A stretch of 64,000 nt of DNA, taken from Pelagomonas calceolata. Taxonomy: Eukaryota. The notes below the pieces were generated by a model that did no database searches, was not told where the DNA came from, and saw only the letters and a list, made by a program, of their open reading frames with translations. The position numbers and the translations under genes were made by a program. Location of the stretch: positions 310,001 to 374,000 of the forward strand of contig CAKKNE010000001.1 of assembly GCA_918797485.1 (NCBI GenBank), read 5' to 3'. Below, piece after piece: positions 1-12,862 of this stretch. Every line of letters begins with the position of its first letter. Positions within the stretch are counted from its first letter, which is position 1.

Positions 1-416
1 CGAGTGCTTTTTGCAGCGCGTCGCCGTCAATGGTCGCACAATTCTGTCTACGTAAAGCCACCTTGAGGCCGCGCAATTTCGCGGGTGTCACATTCTGGCG
101 CCTGAGCTCCGCAACGCCGCGAGCGCACTGCACTACATGTAGTGAGGCCTCCATGTGAGCTAGGACTGCTGCGGTGCCGCCTGATACCGCTCTTTTTGTG
201 AAAATTTCGACCTGTAGAAGGTGTCTTGAGTGTCTTGCATCCACCAGCTTAGCTCTATCGTCTGTTGCGACCGAGAGCCAAAATGAGTTCGGAGAGCAAA
301 AAAAAAACCCGTGCCGCAGAAATTCTGGAAGTCAAGTCCTGGCCAGCACGCCGCCGCCGCGGCAAGAAGAGACTAGAACGAATGTCTGTTACACGAGCCC
401 CACCACCAGGAACTCT

Positions 417-1154
417 CTAGGCGACCGGCGCCGCCTCGGCCACGGCCTCGGCCACGTCCGCGACCGCCGCCGCAGCGCCGCCCGCCGGCGCCAGCAGCAA
501 CCCGCCGAGCGCGTTGTCCACGGCGTTCAGGAACGGGATCTGGTAGATCATGCTGTACGCCGAGAAGATAATGAGGCCGAGCATCGCCAAACGGCCGTTC
601 CAGAGCTCCGCCGCGGGGGTTAATCCGGTGTCGAAGGCCGGCACCAGACCGGCGGGCTCCTCGTCGGGCTCCCCCGGTTCGAGGAGGAGCGTGTCCTGGA
701 ACGGGAGCGGGCAGAACGCGGCACACAGCGACACCACCAAAAAGTGGATGTTCGCGACGAGGATGCACGCGCGCTCGTTCGTGATCGTGATGCCGCCGCC
801 CTTGCCGCCGGAGATGATGGCGAGCGTGCCCCACTGCTTGAAATCTAAGAGCTTCTCGGGGTCGGGGATGAGGCCGTGGGCCTTGCAGTAGCCCGTCGCG
901 ATGATGAAGGCCCAGCCGAACATGGCGTGGCGCCCGTTCCACCGTTCCGCCTTGACGGACACGCCCCAGCCATAGCTGTTAAATTCGGGGAACTGCTCCT
1001 GGAACATTTCCGTGCCCTGCTCCATGAAGCCGCCCGGCGACGATTTTAATGTGGAGTCCGTGTACTTCTCGACGACCTTCGAGACCTTCGAGACCGGCGC
1101 CACCAGGGCGGAGGCCCCGGCCACGAGGGCCAACGCCGCGACGGTCCGCGCCAT
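417..1154 (-). CDS. RedCAP: Red-lineage chlorophyll a/b-binding-like protein (RedCAP, LHC-like family)
   Basis: Two LHC motifs (AERWNGRHAMFG, AELWNGRLAMLG); the intervening WGTLA..SG...ITNERA resembles diatom RedCAP as I recall it; N-terminal signal peptide. Confidence 0.85.
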   Translation of the reverse strand: MARTVAALALVAGASALVAPVSKVSKVVEKYTDSTLKSSPGGFMEQGTEMFQEQFPEFNSYGWGVSVKAERWNGRHAMFGWAFIIATGYCKAHGLIPDPEKLLDFKQWGTLAIISGGKGGGITITNERACILVANIHFLVVSLCAAFCPLPFQDTLLLEPGEPDEEPAGLVPAFDTGLTPAAELWNGRLAMLGLIIFSAYSMIYQIPFLNAVDNALGGLLLAPAGGAAAAVADVAEAVAEAAPVA

Positions 1155-1925
1155 CGTGACGACCTGCGTTTCGTTCGTAGGGGGTGAGTGGGGTGCCGGC
1201 GGCGGCGCGCGTCGACGTCGCGCGACTGGGGTGTGTGGAGGCCTCTCGCCATGGCGACCGGAGGCGGCCGCCCTCGTGGCTCACCCAAGGACGGTCTAGA
1301 CAGCCTGGCAGCGTCCAGGCGCGTCAGACTGGGGCCGAGGCCACGCCGACTGGCGTCAAGGTGGCGCGCCGCGCAGGGCGGCCGGCCTCCGCTGGCGCGC
1401 TCTGTCCGAGGTCGTACCGTTCATGCGAACGGAGGCCCTTCGGCCGAGACGAAGTGAGCAGTGCGTCCATGGCGAGCGGCGCCGTCACGGAGGCCCGACA
1501 GCTGCGCGCCGCACGGCTAGGATGGCCCGCAATAGGCCATCCAGCCATGAGCAGATGAGCAGGCGGTCCTCTGTTTGCCGCCGCCGTCACGCAACGCAAA
1601 AGCTACGAGCCGTAGATGATCCATAAGAGAGTTCGAAAACGGGCTGCGAATGAATAATGCACGGTCAGGCACCGAGTAAATAGGGCGGTCTCACCTCCTT
1701 GACGGCGCACCCAAATCGAGCCTCCGCGGCCGACCCCCCTATTTCCCGCTCAAAGCTCGCCGGGCGGCCCCAGAGCCGTCCCCTGTACGCCTACAAACCA
1801 CGGCGGCGGCGCGTTGGCCAGCCATCGGCCGGCGCGCGGCGGCGCGGTGCAAAAACTAGACACAAAGGTGGCCCACCGCGCGCCCACACCACAGAAGCAT
1901 ACCTCAAACTACCATTACCCGAAAA

Positions 1926-2913
1926 CTAACGCGCCTCGTCGCAAGGCGGCGGCCCGACCGGCGGCCGCGGCGGCCCGGGCGCCGCGAAGTTCCGCCGTCT
2001 AGGAGGCGGCGGCACGCCGCCCCGCTTCGGCTCGTCCTGCTGATAATCAGAAAACCGCGCCGCCGGTAGAGCGTTCACGAAGTCGCGCAGCTGGCCTAAT
2101 TTAGCTACAAGCGCGGCCCGATCCGAAGACAAATCTCGGATGTCGCTCTGGCACAGCCTCAGTTCCGCCTCCAAGAGCTCGTTGCGACCCTGCAACGCCG
2201 CGCCCTTAATCTTTCATCAGCTAACAATTTTTGGTGAGATTGGACCTCGTTCGTTCTCGGCGTCGCGCGGACGTCTGCGACTTGGCTATCCGTAAAGCAA
2301 GAGGCAGCTTCCGGTTCTTCTTCTTCAGCAAGTCGTTCTCCGTCTCCAGCCTTTTCAGTTCTTTGGCCTGGCGCTTCGCGACGCGCAGCAGTGGCGTCGG
2401 TTTTGCTGTTGTAGACGAGCGTCGCGCCAGTTCCAATTGCACATTCCTACGTTGCAGCCGCGCGTTGCGCTTCTTGAGCTTCTCCAATTGGCGTTCGTAG
2501 TCATCTACCAGAGCTTGGCCCGACGAGGCGACCGAGAGCTTCCTCACTAAACTCCTCAGTCTGACCGTTTCTGCTCGTTCCGTCGCGAGCGCGACCTGGA
2601 AGTGCGCCCTCGCTTCCTCCGCCTCCAGCCTCACACTGTCAACACCAGCAGCGGTCCGCCGGTGCGCGTCCTGCTCCTGGGCTAATGCTCGTCGCAGCGC
2701 TTCCCTTGCTAAACTTTCTCGATCGTGGTCGCCGGAATCAAAAATGGCTGCGTCGACGACGCCCGGCCCGGGCGCCGGCGCCGCGTCGTCGGCGTCGATG
2801 TCCTGCAAGAGATCCTCGAGCTCGCCGCGCAGTTGCCGCACCTCCTGGCGCGCCGACTTTGGGGGCGGCGACCTCGCCGCAGGCGTGCCGGCGGCGGCTT
2901 TCTTCGCGGGCAT
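1926..2913 (-). CDS. Hypothetical coiled-coil protein (3' structure uncertain; intron or frameshift near 2200-2270)
   Basis: ORFs 2221..2913 and 1926..2195 are both heptad-rich and on the same strand. Confidence 0.5.
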
Positions 2914-3740
2914 CGCTTTGGCGTATGGATAGCTCGCGCTTTCCGCTGCGAACGCGTCGAAGGGCTGCAGTGTGTTATTGTTACAGCCTATGCGCGCGGC
3001 CTCTCTGAGATGCCTTGCTCAAATGAGTGCCCCTCCACCCCGGCCTTGCAAACTTTGCGAGACTGCAGGGAGGCGCGCTACGCCGCCTCCTGGCCGAGTT
3101 TCGGGTCCGCGCGCAGAAAACCCGTGCAGTTCGTCGAGATCTCAAGCGCAGCGGACCGATTTTGAGCCACATTGCTGCCCATTTGCTTCAAAAACACACT
3201 GCGGCAGCCATGCTACCCATGCGCGACTTCCGGCGGCGCCGACGGCGGCGCTTCGCAGCGCTGGGGCAGCCCCTCATATTCTTCTGGCTTGCGGCCCTGC
3301 TCGTACAAGCGGCGGCGCAGCCCCACGCGCGGGAACACCACGCGCAGCACATCATGAACCAGGCGCGCGCGCACCAGAAGGCGTGCGGATGCGGCGTCTC
3401 ATCGCAGTCGCGGCGAGCGCGGCCGGCCGAGAGACGCGCCGTCGAGCAGCGAAGGGCGTCGCATCGATGGCGTGCGGGGGTGGACAACGTCGCAGAATGG
3501 CGTCGCGTCGCCGGCGCGGGGCCCACACACGAGCGTAACAACGCAGGCGCACGAAGCAGCAGCGCGAGTGGCAGCGCCGCAAGCACGAGGAGGGCAAGAA
3601 AGCGACGAAAGCGGACAACCTAAAAGCGCAGCGCCAGGCGCGCAAGGACCTCCTCAAGCGCAAGCGCGACCTAGCTAAAAGAAAGAAAGAACGGGACCGT
3701 CGAAAACGATCGGTCTCGAGCGCCTACGGCGAGTTATAAT

Positions 3741-4730
3741 TTAGGTCTTAATAAACGCCATCGTGCTGCGCGGCTCGACTTCTGTCTTCGCGTGTTGTGT
3801 CGTGTCGCCGAGCAGGCCCAGCGGCGCGTCGAGCAGCGACGACTGGGACCGCCGTCGGTCGTCCAAACTGCCGCGGCTCATGCGCGAGTTTCGGAGTGAG
3901 AGGCGCCGTTCATACTCTGCATTCTCTCGCTCGATCGCCTGGATGCGCCTCCGGTTCCCGTCGATCCATTTTTTCATCCTCAAGTCCCATTCATCTCTAG
4001 GCTGCGAATATTTTGCTCTAGCCTCGGCGGCGCGCTGCTGCGCTCGAGAAGATGGCCTAGAGCCTCCCCTAGACGATCCGCGCGATCCTGGTCTAGATCC
4101 TGGTCTCGACGAGCCGGGTCTACTTCCAGCGGATCCCGGCCTCGACCCCGGCTCCTCGAAAGTAGCCCTTGACGAAAAGTAGTCCTCCATCTTTTGGAGC
4201 GTGTCCTTGTCCTTCTTTAAGTTTGTAGAAGGGTCGCCGAAGCGCGACGCGTTCTTCAACGCCAGTACGTCTACTTTTTCGTCCTCTTCCGCGAAGTCCT
4301 CATACACGGTATTGTCCTCCTGGTCCTGCTTCGATATTCTCAGAGTTGATCGTCTACGTCTAGCACACCGCGCCGAGCACGTTGAAGCGCTGGTCTAGTT
4401 CATCCAATACATCTTCGAACTCCTGCTCTTGGATAGACTGCCTTTCAAAGGGCAGCCAGCTCGCCTTCCGTCGTCCGGTAAACGCGGTTCGAGTTGCACA
4501 GGGACGTCCGGGCACAGCCGCGTCTCCGACGGGTACTCTCTCCTTCTAGAGTGGTCCCGGAACGGCCTATGTAAAGGATCCAGCGCGTGCCGATCTAGGT
4601 CCTGCCGGTGGAACTCGCCGATGGCTGAGTAAGTATTAGGGTAGCCCTGGAGCTTGATGGAGGGGTCCAGGGCGCTGCGCGTGTGGCCGTGGGCCCAGTT
4701 GGCGCGCGTGCTGCCCCGCGTGCTGTACAT
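3741..4730 (-). CDS. Hypothetical protein with SRPGS repeats (split ORF)
   Basis: ORFs 4395..4730 and 3741..4307 look coding; the junction is unresolved. Confidence 0.45.
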
Positions 4731-4949
4731 CCCTTAGCGTTGCGACCGATTGGCTCCTTGGCGTTGTGGGGCTGCCCCTTGCGTGCTCGGCCGCGGGCGG
4801 TGCGGCGCCCTCGGTGGCGCTGCCCCCGTGTCCTTAGGCTTCGCGGCGGCGGCGTGCGCGCCCCGTCGTGTGTCGTGGTGGCGTCTATTTGCCGTGGCGC
4901 CGCGGCGCCTCCGTCGGAGAGCTGGCACCCGCACGCTAGGTCTAGGCTC

Positions 4950-5747
4950 TTACGACGGATCGTCTGGCGGCTTCGACTGCCGCCGCGCCGCCGCGAGACG
5001 TTGGGACTGGTCCCGGCGGAAGTCGCGCTGCCGGCCGCGCGCCGCCTCGACGGCCTCGCGGCGCTGCCGCAGGCGCGCCGACACGTGCGTCGGGCCGCGC
5101 ACCTCTCGATCACGGAGCACCGCGGACCGACGCTCGAGCGCGCACCGCGCGGCGCGCGCCTCCCGCAGCGCGGGGCCGTACGCCGTCCGCGTCCGCGTCC
5201 GGTAGCGCCTATCACTCAAGTCCGTGAGCGACGGCCGTCCATCCAGCGTCGCCAGGTCGAAGTCGATGGCCGTCAGCTGGTCACCAGAGATGACGGTGTT
5301 TTTGGCCTTGAGGTCGTAGTGGACGACGTGCGCCGCCTCCAGTAACGCTTCCGCACACGTCGCGAAGCGCGTCAGGTCCTCGTTTGATAATGAGCATTGC
5401 GCCGTCGACGGGCTCTCCAACAAGTTCGTCCCGTCGTACGACTGCACGAAGCTTAGATTGTTGTCGTGCCGCCGCAACAACCGCGGAAAGTACCTCCCGG
5501 TACATTGGCTGGCGTTGCGCGGTTCGTTTAAGCGTTCCAAGATGGCCACTTCCAGCGCATACGCCTCGGGCGGTCTCAGTCCGCTATCATGATTCCAGCG
5601 GCAGCCTCTCCTTTTCAAGGGGTCGCGGAAGCCCTTGTGCACCGTTTTTACGTTGTTTTCTACGACTACTTTCGTCCAGTAGCAGCCGTTCGCCTCCGCA
5701 GATATCGGGCCCAGCGCGAGCACGCCCACAGACAGCAGCCTCATCAT
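4950..5747 (-). CDS. Protein kinase-like domain protein with a signal-peptide-like N-terminus
   Basis: HYDLKAKN catalytic-loop-like motif, IDFDLA DFG-like motif, hydrophobic MMRLLSVGVLALG start. Confidence 0.6.
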   Translation of the reverse strand: MMRLLSVGVLALGPISAEANGCYWTKVVVENNVKTVHKGFRDPLKRRGCRWNHDSGLRPPEAYALEVAILERLNEPRNASQCTGRYFPRLLRRHDNNLSFVQSYDGTNLLESPSTAQCSLSNEDLTRFATCAEALLEAAHVVHYDLKAKNTVISGDQLTAIDFDLATLDGRPSLTDLSDRRYRTRTRTAYGPALREARAARCALERRSAVLRDREVRGPTHVSARLRQRREAVEAARGRQRDFRRDQSQRLAAARRQSKPPDDPS

Positions 5748-6281
5748 ACGCCTCGTGTCACTCAATGTCTCGCATGACGACACTCAGAGAGCAGCCCCAT
5801 AGCAGCCTCATATATGTACGGCTAGCACACAACGGCACGCATCGATGGCAGCAACGGCTCGTCGGGGCTGCCCTCGACCGGCATTGCCTTGCGGTCCGTG
5901 CTTTTGCGGCGCCGCGCCGAGAGGCAGCTCTCTCTCCGGATTGCTCAGTTTTGCTCCGGCCGCCACGAGGATGCTCCGTTGACAACTCTCGGGCGCGCCG
6001 AAGAATGCTATGGCGAGCCGCGCGACGACTCTTCCCGTTCGACGAGGATCGCAGCCCCGCACTTTGCACCAAAAAGCACCGTGACAGCATCGGTCGGATC
6101 GCACTCTATACGCCGCTGCGGCCCAAGGAAGGTACGTGAACAATTCGCGGTGCGCGCCTCAATACGCGGGCTGCCGCGCGCGCTGCCCCAAGGCAGACAA
6201 AAATTGCTTCCCAGAGAGTTGCATACGCATACGCGCCGCACGCGCGACGACCGCACAGCTGCGACCCATAGGTGAGCGACG

Positions 6282-6617
6282 ATGATCTCCGACGCCATGG
6301 ACGCGCTCCAGTTCGCGGCGGACGCATTGATGCAAAACGAGGCCGGCCACCGTAGACTCGAAAAGAGCAGCACGCGCATGAAGCTCATGCTCTTCGCCAT
6401 CGTCATGTGCCTCGTGATCGCGCTCTTCGCGTTGTGCTGGTTCCACCTCGTGAACAGTGATGCGGGCGAGTCGACGCACAAGCGCGCCGTGGGCGGCCGG
6501 GGCGGCCCGAAACGGCGGCCGCGCTCGAAGTCGGCGGATGGTGAGGACGTCGAGGCGCCCGCTGAGGAGTCTGACATCGTCGAGAAAGAGGAGGAGGGCG
6601 GCTGCCGCATCGCTTAG
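6282..6617 (+). CDS. Small single-pass membrane protein, hypothetical
   Basis: ATG ORF with one hydrophobic segment and an acidic tail. Confidence 0.45.
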   Translation: MISDAMDALQFAADALMQNEAGHRRLEKSSTRMKLMLFAIVMCLVIALFALCWFHLVNSDAGESTHKRAVGGRGGPKRRPRSKSADGEDVEAPAEESDIVEKEEEGGCRIA

Positions 6618-6769
6618 TTGTGTGCCTTCGTGCCTTTGCTGTTTGCCTCGACTAGTCCTAGCACCGTAACACTAGCGCTACTGGTTGCCTGCCTACGGTC
6701 GAGGCTGCAGCGCCGAACGACATCGCCGCAGCACGCCATCGACGAGACCATTATAGAAACACAACTAAC

Positions 6770-8574
6770 TTAGCGGACCCATACAGACCCAACACCCAGT
6801 CGATCGAGGGCCCCCTGGATCACGGACGACGCGCGCACGCCCATCGTGTAGGCCGGCTCGTCGTCGCGGATCTCCAGCCTTTGCTTCATGCGCCGGTTCC
6901 CGTTCAAGACTCCGCGAGAAGCCAATTCGTTCGCCGCCTCGTATCCAGAAACAAGAGCTCGTTCCTGGCACAAGCCCTTCGCGCCGTGCTCTCGAGACCC
7001 CATGCGCACCCAGTCCCCCGCGCAGCAGACGTTCTTCACCGAAGTAGCGAGGGGCGGCCGCTTCGAGAACGAGCCAGGCGAGAACCACGACACGGCGCCC
7101 TGGTAGCGCTTGACGCAGCTATCGACGACTTTGGCGTCCTTGAACCCAGCATAGGCCTCTGAGAGTAACTTCATCTCGAGCTCGACGATCGCTTGATCAG
7201 AAAGAGGCGCGATCGCACCCGAATTGTAAAAGTCCGCACTCAACACGGAACCCTGCACGTCATCATCACCCCACAACTCCTCCAAATTATCTTTCTGGAG
7301 CTGGTCCAACATAAAGAAGGTCCCGCCCGCGCCTGTGTGGAAATCAAAATTTTACGGCGCGTTTCGCGTCGACCTCCACGCCATCGACGCGACACCTCGA
7401 TGGCGTGGCGACAGCTCGACGGAACCAGAACGGCCGCGTCGTCGCCGAGAAATGACTTGGTCGATTTCCACACAGGTCTAGCACCGCGTAGCTCCGGAAA
7501 CTTGGCAAAAACGCCTACTGGTGTATCTGTCTTGACAGTACGATCGAGCCAGAGTCGCACGGCGACCACATCAATAGCGTTCAATGAGGCCGACGCTGCT
7601 AGGTCCGGCGCTGCCTTCGACAGCTCCGTAGAAGAAGCTAGGACGCGCTTCATGCCCCCTGCACCTAAAGCGAGCACGACGGCGTCGCAGGCCACCGAAC
7701 CCTCGCTCGTTTTTACGGACGTCACTTGCTCATTTTCGTACGTGAGTTGCGTGACGAACGTTCTCGGTTTTATTTTTACACCCATCTCTACTAATCGATC
7801 AGCTAGCGGCTTCAGCAAAGTCGTTTGGACCGTCCCACGAGCGAGCCATCGGACATCAAAGGACGTCTGGTGCGCCAAGGCGTAGAAGTACAACAGCTCC
7901 ATCGTGACGGCTGCCGACAGTTCTTCGGGCGGCTTGAACAACCCCACCAACAAAGTAGGCCTGAGAAAATCATCGACGAGTCGCTTCGTGACGCCGACGC
8001 GCCGAAAGAGCTCGTACGCCGTCATCCGATCATAAAGGTCAAAAATTTCCGGCGTTCTGTTGAAGTCGAGCATCGCCGCCAATAGTCCCGCGATCGACGC
8101 TCTATCTCTCAGAGGCAACCTCTTGAAGCGGTCGAACGACGCGAAGACCTGTCCGAGTGGGGAAGGTAGTTCCCTACTACCACTAAACACAGGAGCGGTG
8201 CATTCGAGACCATCGGGCGAGAAGAAACTGCTCTCCGTGAAGTCCGTGTACGCTCCCTCAATACCGAGCTCGTCTCCTAATTGATTGATGTTCGGGTAGT
8301 CCTTCCAGAAGCCCCTCATGCCGGGCTCGAACGGCTTGCCGCTGTCCGTCGTCATGCCGCTCGTCGGGTCGCCCGCATCAATCAAAGTGACGTCGCAGTT
8401 ATTTTCTGCCGCAGCCAATGCGGCGCCGAAGCCGCCCCAGCCGCCTCCCACAACTACGACCTTCGGCCTTGTCTCGGCTTCGGTGGTGGTGGCCATGCGG
8501 ACGACGGTGCGGCGCGGCGCCAGGCGCAGCGCGGTGGCTGTCGTCGCCAGGAGCAGTATTTGGTGTTTTGGCAT
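6770..8574 (-). CDS. FAD-dependent amine oxidase / carotenoid desaturase (PDS/ZDS)-like protein; exons 8574-7485 and 7332-6770
   Basis: GGGWGG Rossmann motif, AGDWV and QERALVSGYEAAN; removing intron 7484..7333 gives in-frame FPELRGAGGTFFMLDQLQ. Confidence 0.85.
7333..7484 (-). mobile_element. Introner copy 1 (152-nt GT-AG intron; element 7333-7475)
   Basis: TIRs ctgtgtggaaatc / gatttccacacag and core acgccatcgacgcg; TSD degenerate; splicing restores the frame. Confidence 0.85.
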
Positions 8575-9113
8575 CGTAATGCGATTCGTGTCCTGTCCTC
8601 TGTGAGAGCTGTGCCCACCTAGGTGTTATTGCTGCTCTGTAGCTGTCTATTTCGCTGCTGTTGCTGCAGCTATTCGTTCGCGAGTAGCCGTAGTATCGTT
8701 TCGCGATGAATGCTTGCAAGGCGCGTCGATATAGCGGCCGCAATCGTGGTCCAAATCCAGGCTGAGTGGATGCTTGATGCTTGTCGTCGAGGCGAGCTCG
8801 AGAGGTGCTTAGCATGCGTCTCCTAGTCAATGTAGGCCCCCTGAGATAGATAAAAGGCGCAACGCAGGACGAATTAATTACGCAATCAAATCAGGTTTTT
8901 TGGCAAGCAATTTGCTCTGAGCCAAAAAGAGGCATTACAGGCAACAGGAGCAGTTTTTACACATCTGGCAGCCATATCACGGCCTGCTGCAACTGCTGCC
9001 TAAATTTCAAGCGTTTTGGAGCCTGCTAAGACCCAAAACCGCACAGACTCAAAAAAGTTGCTGCATAAAACGCGCCGCGTACGCCATCGTTGGGCTAGCG
9101 CCACAGCACAGCC

Positions 9114-10022
9114 ATGAAGCGCCTCTTCCGTCGCAAGAAAAAAGAAACGCCCCGCAAATCCAAGCCAGCGAGCATCTATTACTCGCCCGCCGCGGCGAGC
9201 ACGCCTACGGCGCTGCGCAGCGAGGAAGTTGCCGTTCCGCAGACGCCACAGGAAAGGGCGCTGGCCGACTTCGCCGCGGAGACGCCTCTCCAAACGCCAC
9301 CGACGCTGCGGACGCCCGTGCGCATGCCCAACGGCGGCACTAACCTCGATGGGGCGGACCTGCGCGACACGCTCGCGCGCGCCACCATCGACCCCGAGGC
9401 CAAGCGCCGCCTCGAAGCGTTGCTAGACCGCCTCGAGGCCGCGGAGCGCGCCGCGATGCAGACGCCCGTGAGGCGCCAGGTCTCCTGGGACCCCGCGACC
9501 GTCGAACGACCGCCGGTCGTCAGGGACGAGTCCTGGCGCAGCTTACAGAGGACGCCGTCGACGCCGACTACGCCTTCCAAACATTTGCTGTTAGCCTTCG
9601 GCCTCGACGACGCCGCGAATTCGCCGACCGCTAAACGGCGGCGGCGCGGCTACCTCTTCGCCGCGGGCGCCGTCGCGTTTGCTTGTGTGTTCGCCGGCGC
9701 GGCGCCGGCGCTGTCGCGCGAGTCGCGGCGCCGCGCCGCGCTGCGCCGGCCGCCCGAGCCCGTCGCGCCCTGTGTGGAAATCAAATTTCGGGCGCCCCAC
9801 GCCATCGACGCATACCGGTTGATGTCCACACAGGTCGCGCCCCTGGCCAAAGACACCGTGGCGGTCATTCGAGCGGCATGTCTGACGAAGAAACGGCCGC
9901 TCGCGCGGGTCGGTTGTGCGGCGCGGCTGACAATCGCTAGATTGCGAAAGCACATCGTCAAGCTCGTCGTCCTGGTTGTCATGGGCTTCTCGCCGCTGCC
10001 GTTCCTGCTGACATTTGTCTGA
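9114..10022 (+). CDS. Hypothetical membrane protein, interrupted by an in-frame introner
   Basis: 302-aa ATG ORF with hydrophobic segments; duplicated VAP...VAP around the insert. Confidence 0.6.
   Translation: MKRLFRRKKKETPRKSKPASIYYSPAAASTPTALRSEEVAVPQTPQERALADFAAETPLQTPPTLRTPVRMPNGGTNLDGADLRDTLARATIDPEAKRRLEALLDRLEAAERAAMQTPVRRQVSWDPATVERPPVVRDESWRSLQRTPSTPTTPSKHLLLAFGLDDAANSPTAKRRRRGYLFAAGAVAFACVFAGAAPALSRESRRRAALRRPPEPVAPCVEIKFRAPHAIDAYRLMSTQVAPLAKDTVAVIRAACLTKKRPLARVGCAARLTIARLRKHIVKLVVLVVMGFSPLPFLLTFV
9762..9833 (+). mobile_element. Introner copy 2 (72-nt GT-AG intron; element 9770-9833)
   Basis: Perfect 8-bp TSD gtcgcgcc at 9762-9769 and 9834-9841; TIRs present. Confidence 0.92.
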
Positions 10023-10094
10023 CGAAGCGCTATTTTATTCGGCGCCCGACGCCGTCGACGCTAGGCCTAACCTTAATAATTAAACAAGATCCCG

Positions 10095-12502
10095 TTATTG
10101 CTTCGCCCTAAGAGCCTCCAGTTCCGCCTTCGCGGCATAAAATGCTCGGACGTCCTCGTTGTCGTCCTCTTCTTTGGGCTGCGACGACTGCGTGGGCGAC
10201 ACCGCGGACTGCGCGGGCGAGGCCGGCGGCGTCGCCCACGCGTTCGTCGGTTGTTTGTTGTGCCCCCTCCTTAAAACGTGGGCGTACCACTCGTCGTACT
10301 CCTTCTGCAATTTTTTCCGACCTGACTCCAACATTTTTTGCACATGCTCGATCTCAGTTTTTAAGCGTCTCAATGATTCAAAGTTCTGCTTGTAGACCTC
10401 CTTCTCCTGGGCGATGGCGTCGATCTTCCGCTGCTCCTCCGGGTCGGCCTTTTGGAGGTCGTCCTCATTGACCACTCCCTCTATTGCTCTTTCTCTACGA
10501 ATAGCCTCTATAGATTGCTTCAAATACGCAATGGCCTTCCGCGTGGCGTTGACCTTCTCGCCACACGCTTTGGCCTCACAGTATTTTTCTTTCAGGACGC
10601 GTTTGTTGTCCTCGAGGACGTGGGCTATTCTACATTTCTCGCGGAAATACAACCAAGCTCGTTTCGGATCGTCTCGCACCTCCGCATCGTCCACATAGAT
10701 GGAGACACCTGCCACCTCATCGGGCAACCGATGCTTCATCCTCGCGCGGTCTTCAGCTAACTGCTCCCGCGGGTCCAGCCGTCGGACAGGTTCAGCTTTC
10801 TTCTCTGACGAAGGTGGCGAGAACTCCTTCGCCTCGCTCGCGATGGAGGGCGTCGGCGCGGTCCCGCCGCCGCGCGCCTGGCGGACCATGTTCACCAAAA
10901 TGGCGATCTCGTTGTCGCGTTCTTTCAGAGTAGCTTTCAACTGCTCGTCCGTCGAGCCGCCGGTGCCTTGCGAAGCTAAAGCTTGGAGGACCATGTTCTT
11001 GAGCAGCGCGAAGCAGTCCCGGATGCGCGTTAACGTCAAGGGCGCGACGCGCAACGTCTCGTCCGGGTCCCGCGACTTCACGTAGACCTCACACGCACTA
11101 TGCAACTCAGCTCTTTCCGCATCGGTCAGCTCGTCGCCCTCGCCCGCTTCGCCCTTCAAGTAGCCGATCTCCGCTCGTAATGTCGAAACTTCGCTCTTCA
11201 ACCGTGCTATCGTGACGGAAGGATCCGTCTCTTCATTAAGGACAGCGTCGTTCTTCACCAGGGCCACCCGCTGCGCGAAGCGACACGTAGAGATCGACTC
11301 CTCGGTCTGGGGCTTCTCCGCGGAGCACGTCGCGATCATAACTGTTCTGCAGTTGCCTCCTAATGAATCTCTGAGAACGGAAGTCATCATACTGTTTCTA
11401 TAAGGAATGTGGTCCCGAGCTTTTTTGTTCTTCTCATTCAAAGCTACAATGACCATCTCGAGATAAAACAATGAGGTGTTGATGTACTTTGCCTCGTTGA
11501 GCGTGATGCCGTCGCTCTTCGTCTTGTGGACGCGCTCGGACCCCGCCAGGTCCACGAGATGTAATTTCGATCGGCGGACCTTGTCGGAGCCGCCCGCGCC
11601 CCGACATTCCAAAAATACGGTAAATAAACAATGGCTTCGGGACGACGCCTGGTTCATCGCGGTTTCACTGATGGCCCGGTTCGTGTCTCCCAAGAATAAC
11701 AAATTGAGGGCCTCCTCTTCACTGGTGGCGCGGTGCATGGAGAGGTTCCTGCGTGGACACGGTCTCGAAGACGCCATCGACGCGACAGCGTACTCTCCGA
11801 CGCGGTCCGAAACAGCTCAAAATCGAAAACGGGACCACCCACCGCCATCATTCCTGGAGACGAGTCGCGTCGATGGCGTAAGGCTCAATATCCACGCTGC
11901 GTCGCGGACCTCAGATGGAAGTTGCCGTGCTCGTCCTCCATCATGCGCACCCGCGGCAAATCTTGCAATGCTTTCGCTCCGGAAGATTCATTTAACAAAT
12001 CGAAGCCCTGCTCATTATATATTTCCATATACGACACATGGGCGGACCAGCTACAATCCGACCGTTCCCGAAAGGCCTGGAAGATCATACTGAGAGCTCT
12101 TGGTATTATACCTCTATCCTCATATCTTTCGGAACCACCAGTAATCGTGAAGGTCTTGCCCGAACCGGTCTGGCCATACGCAAACACGGTAGAGTTGTAG
12201 CCATCCAATGCGTTCTGGACGACGTGCTTCCCGACGCGGTCGAACACCTGCGCCTGCGAGATGTCCATGGGCAAGACCTGATCAAATTTAAAAGCCCACT
12301 GCGTCTTCGTGTTGTTGATGTACTCGCCGTCCTTGGTCACCGCGTCTGGGGGAATGTCCCACCTCAGACTTTGGCCCTTGCCCTCGTTGTCGCCCACGTC
12401 ATAAAACTTCGACGGGTGCTTCGTCGGGCGCATCCTTAAAAACACGGTGATGCCCTCCGATTTACGTTTCGGAGCGGCGTCATCCTTCGCCTCGGCCGGC
12501 AT
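10095..12502 (-). CDS. Kinesin-9 family motor (KIF6/KIF9-like); exons 12502-11910 and 11748-10095
   Basis: AYGQTGSGKT, NQASSRSH, LVDLAGSER, HIPYRNS motifs; spliced junction reads NFHLRNLSMHR; coiled-coil tail. Confidence 0.92.
11749..11909 (-). mobile_element. Degenerate introner-related intron, subfamily C (161 nt, GT-AG)
   Basis: Ends ctgcgtgga.../...tccacgctg, inverted pair of core motifs, body aligns with the intron at 60303-60443; splicing restores the kinesin frame. Confidence 0.75.
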
Positions 12503-12862
12503 CTTGCGTATGGGTGTCTGCTGCTACACGCTGCCCAGGGCCGCTCCGTCCGTGGGCAGTGGTCCCGAGCGCAGAGTCGTTGCGAGGCCTCGTGCGCGAA
12601 GGCCTATCGCGTGCCTGGCGGCTGCTGCGTGCGCGACGAGCAGCCCCAAAGCGGCCAGCCGGTGCGGCAGCTTTTAAGATGGCAGCACATCTGGGGGTCC
12701 TTCGCGGGCGACCGCGCGCGCGTCGCGCGGTGCGGCGATGGGAAAACGGTCGAATCAACGCCTGCTTTTTTAAATCGTCAAATTCGGGTTCGCGGTGGCC
12801 TGGCTGGCCTCCATGTAAAAAGGGAGCTTGTATCGACGCCATCGGGCTGCCCGAGGCTGTAA

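Noticed and set aside
3209..3678. Possible small + strand membrane or coiled-coil gene
   Set aside because: The frames are inconsistent and there is no motif, so I could not build a supported model.
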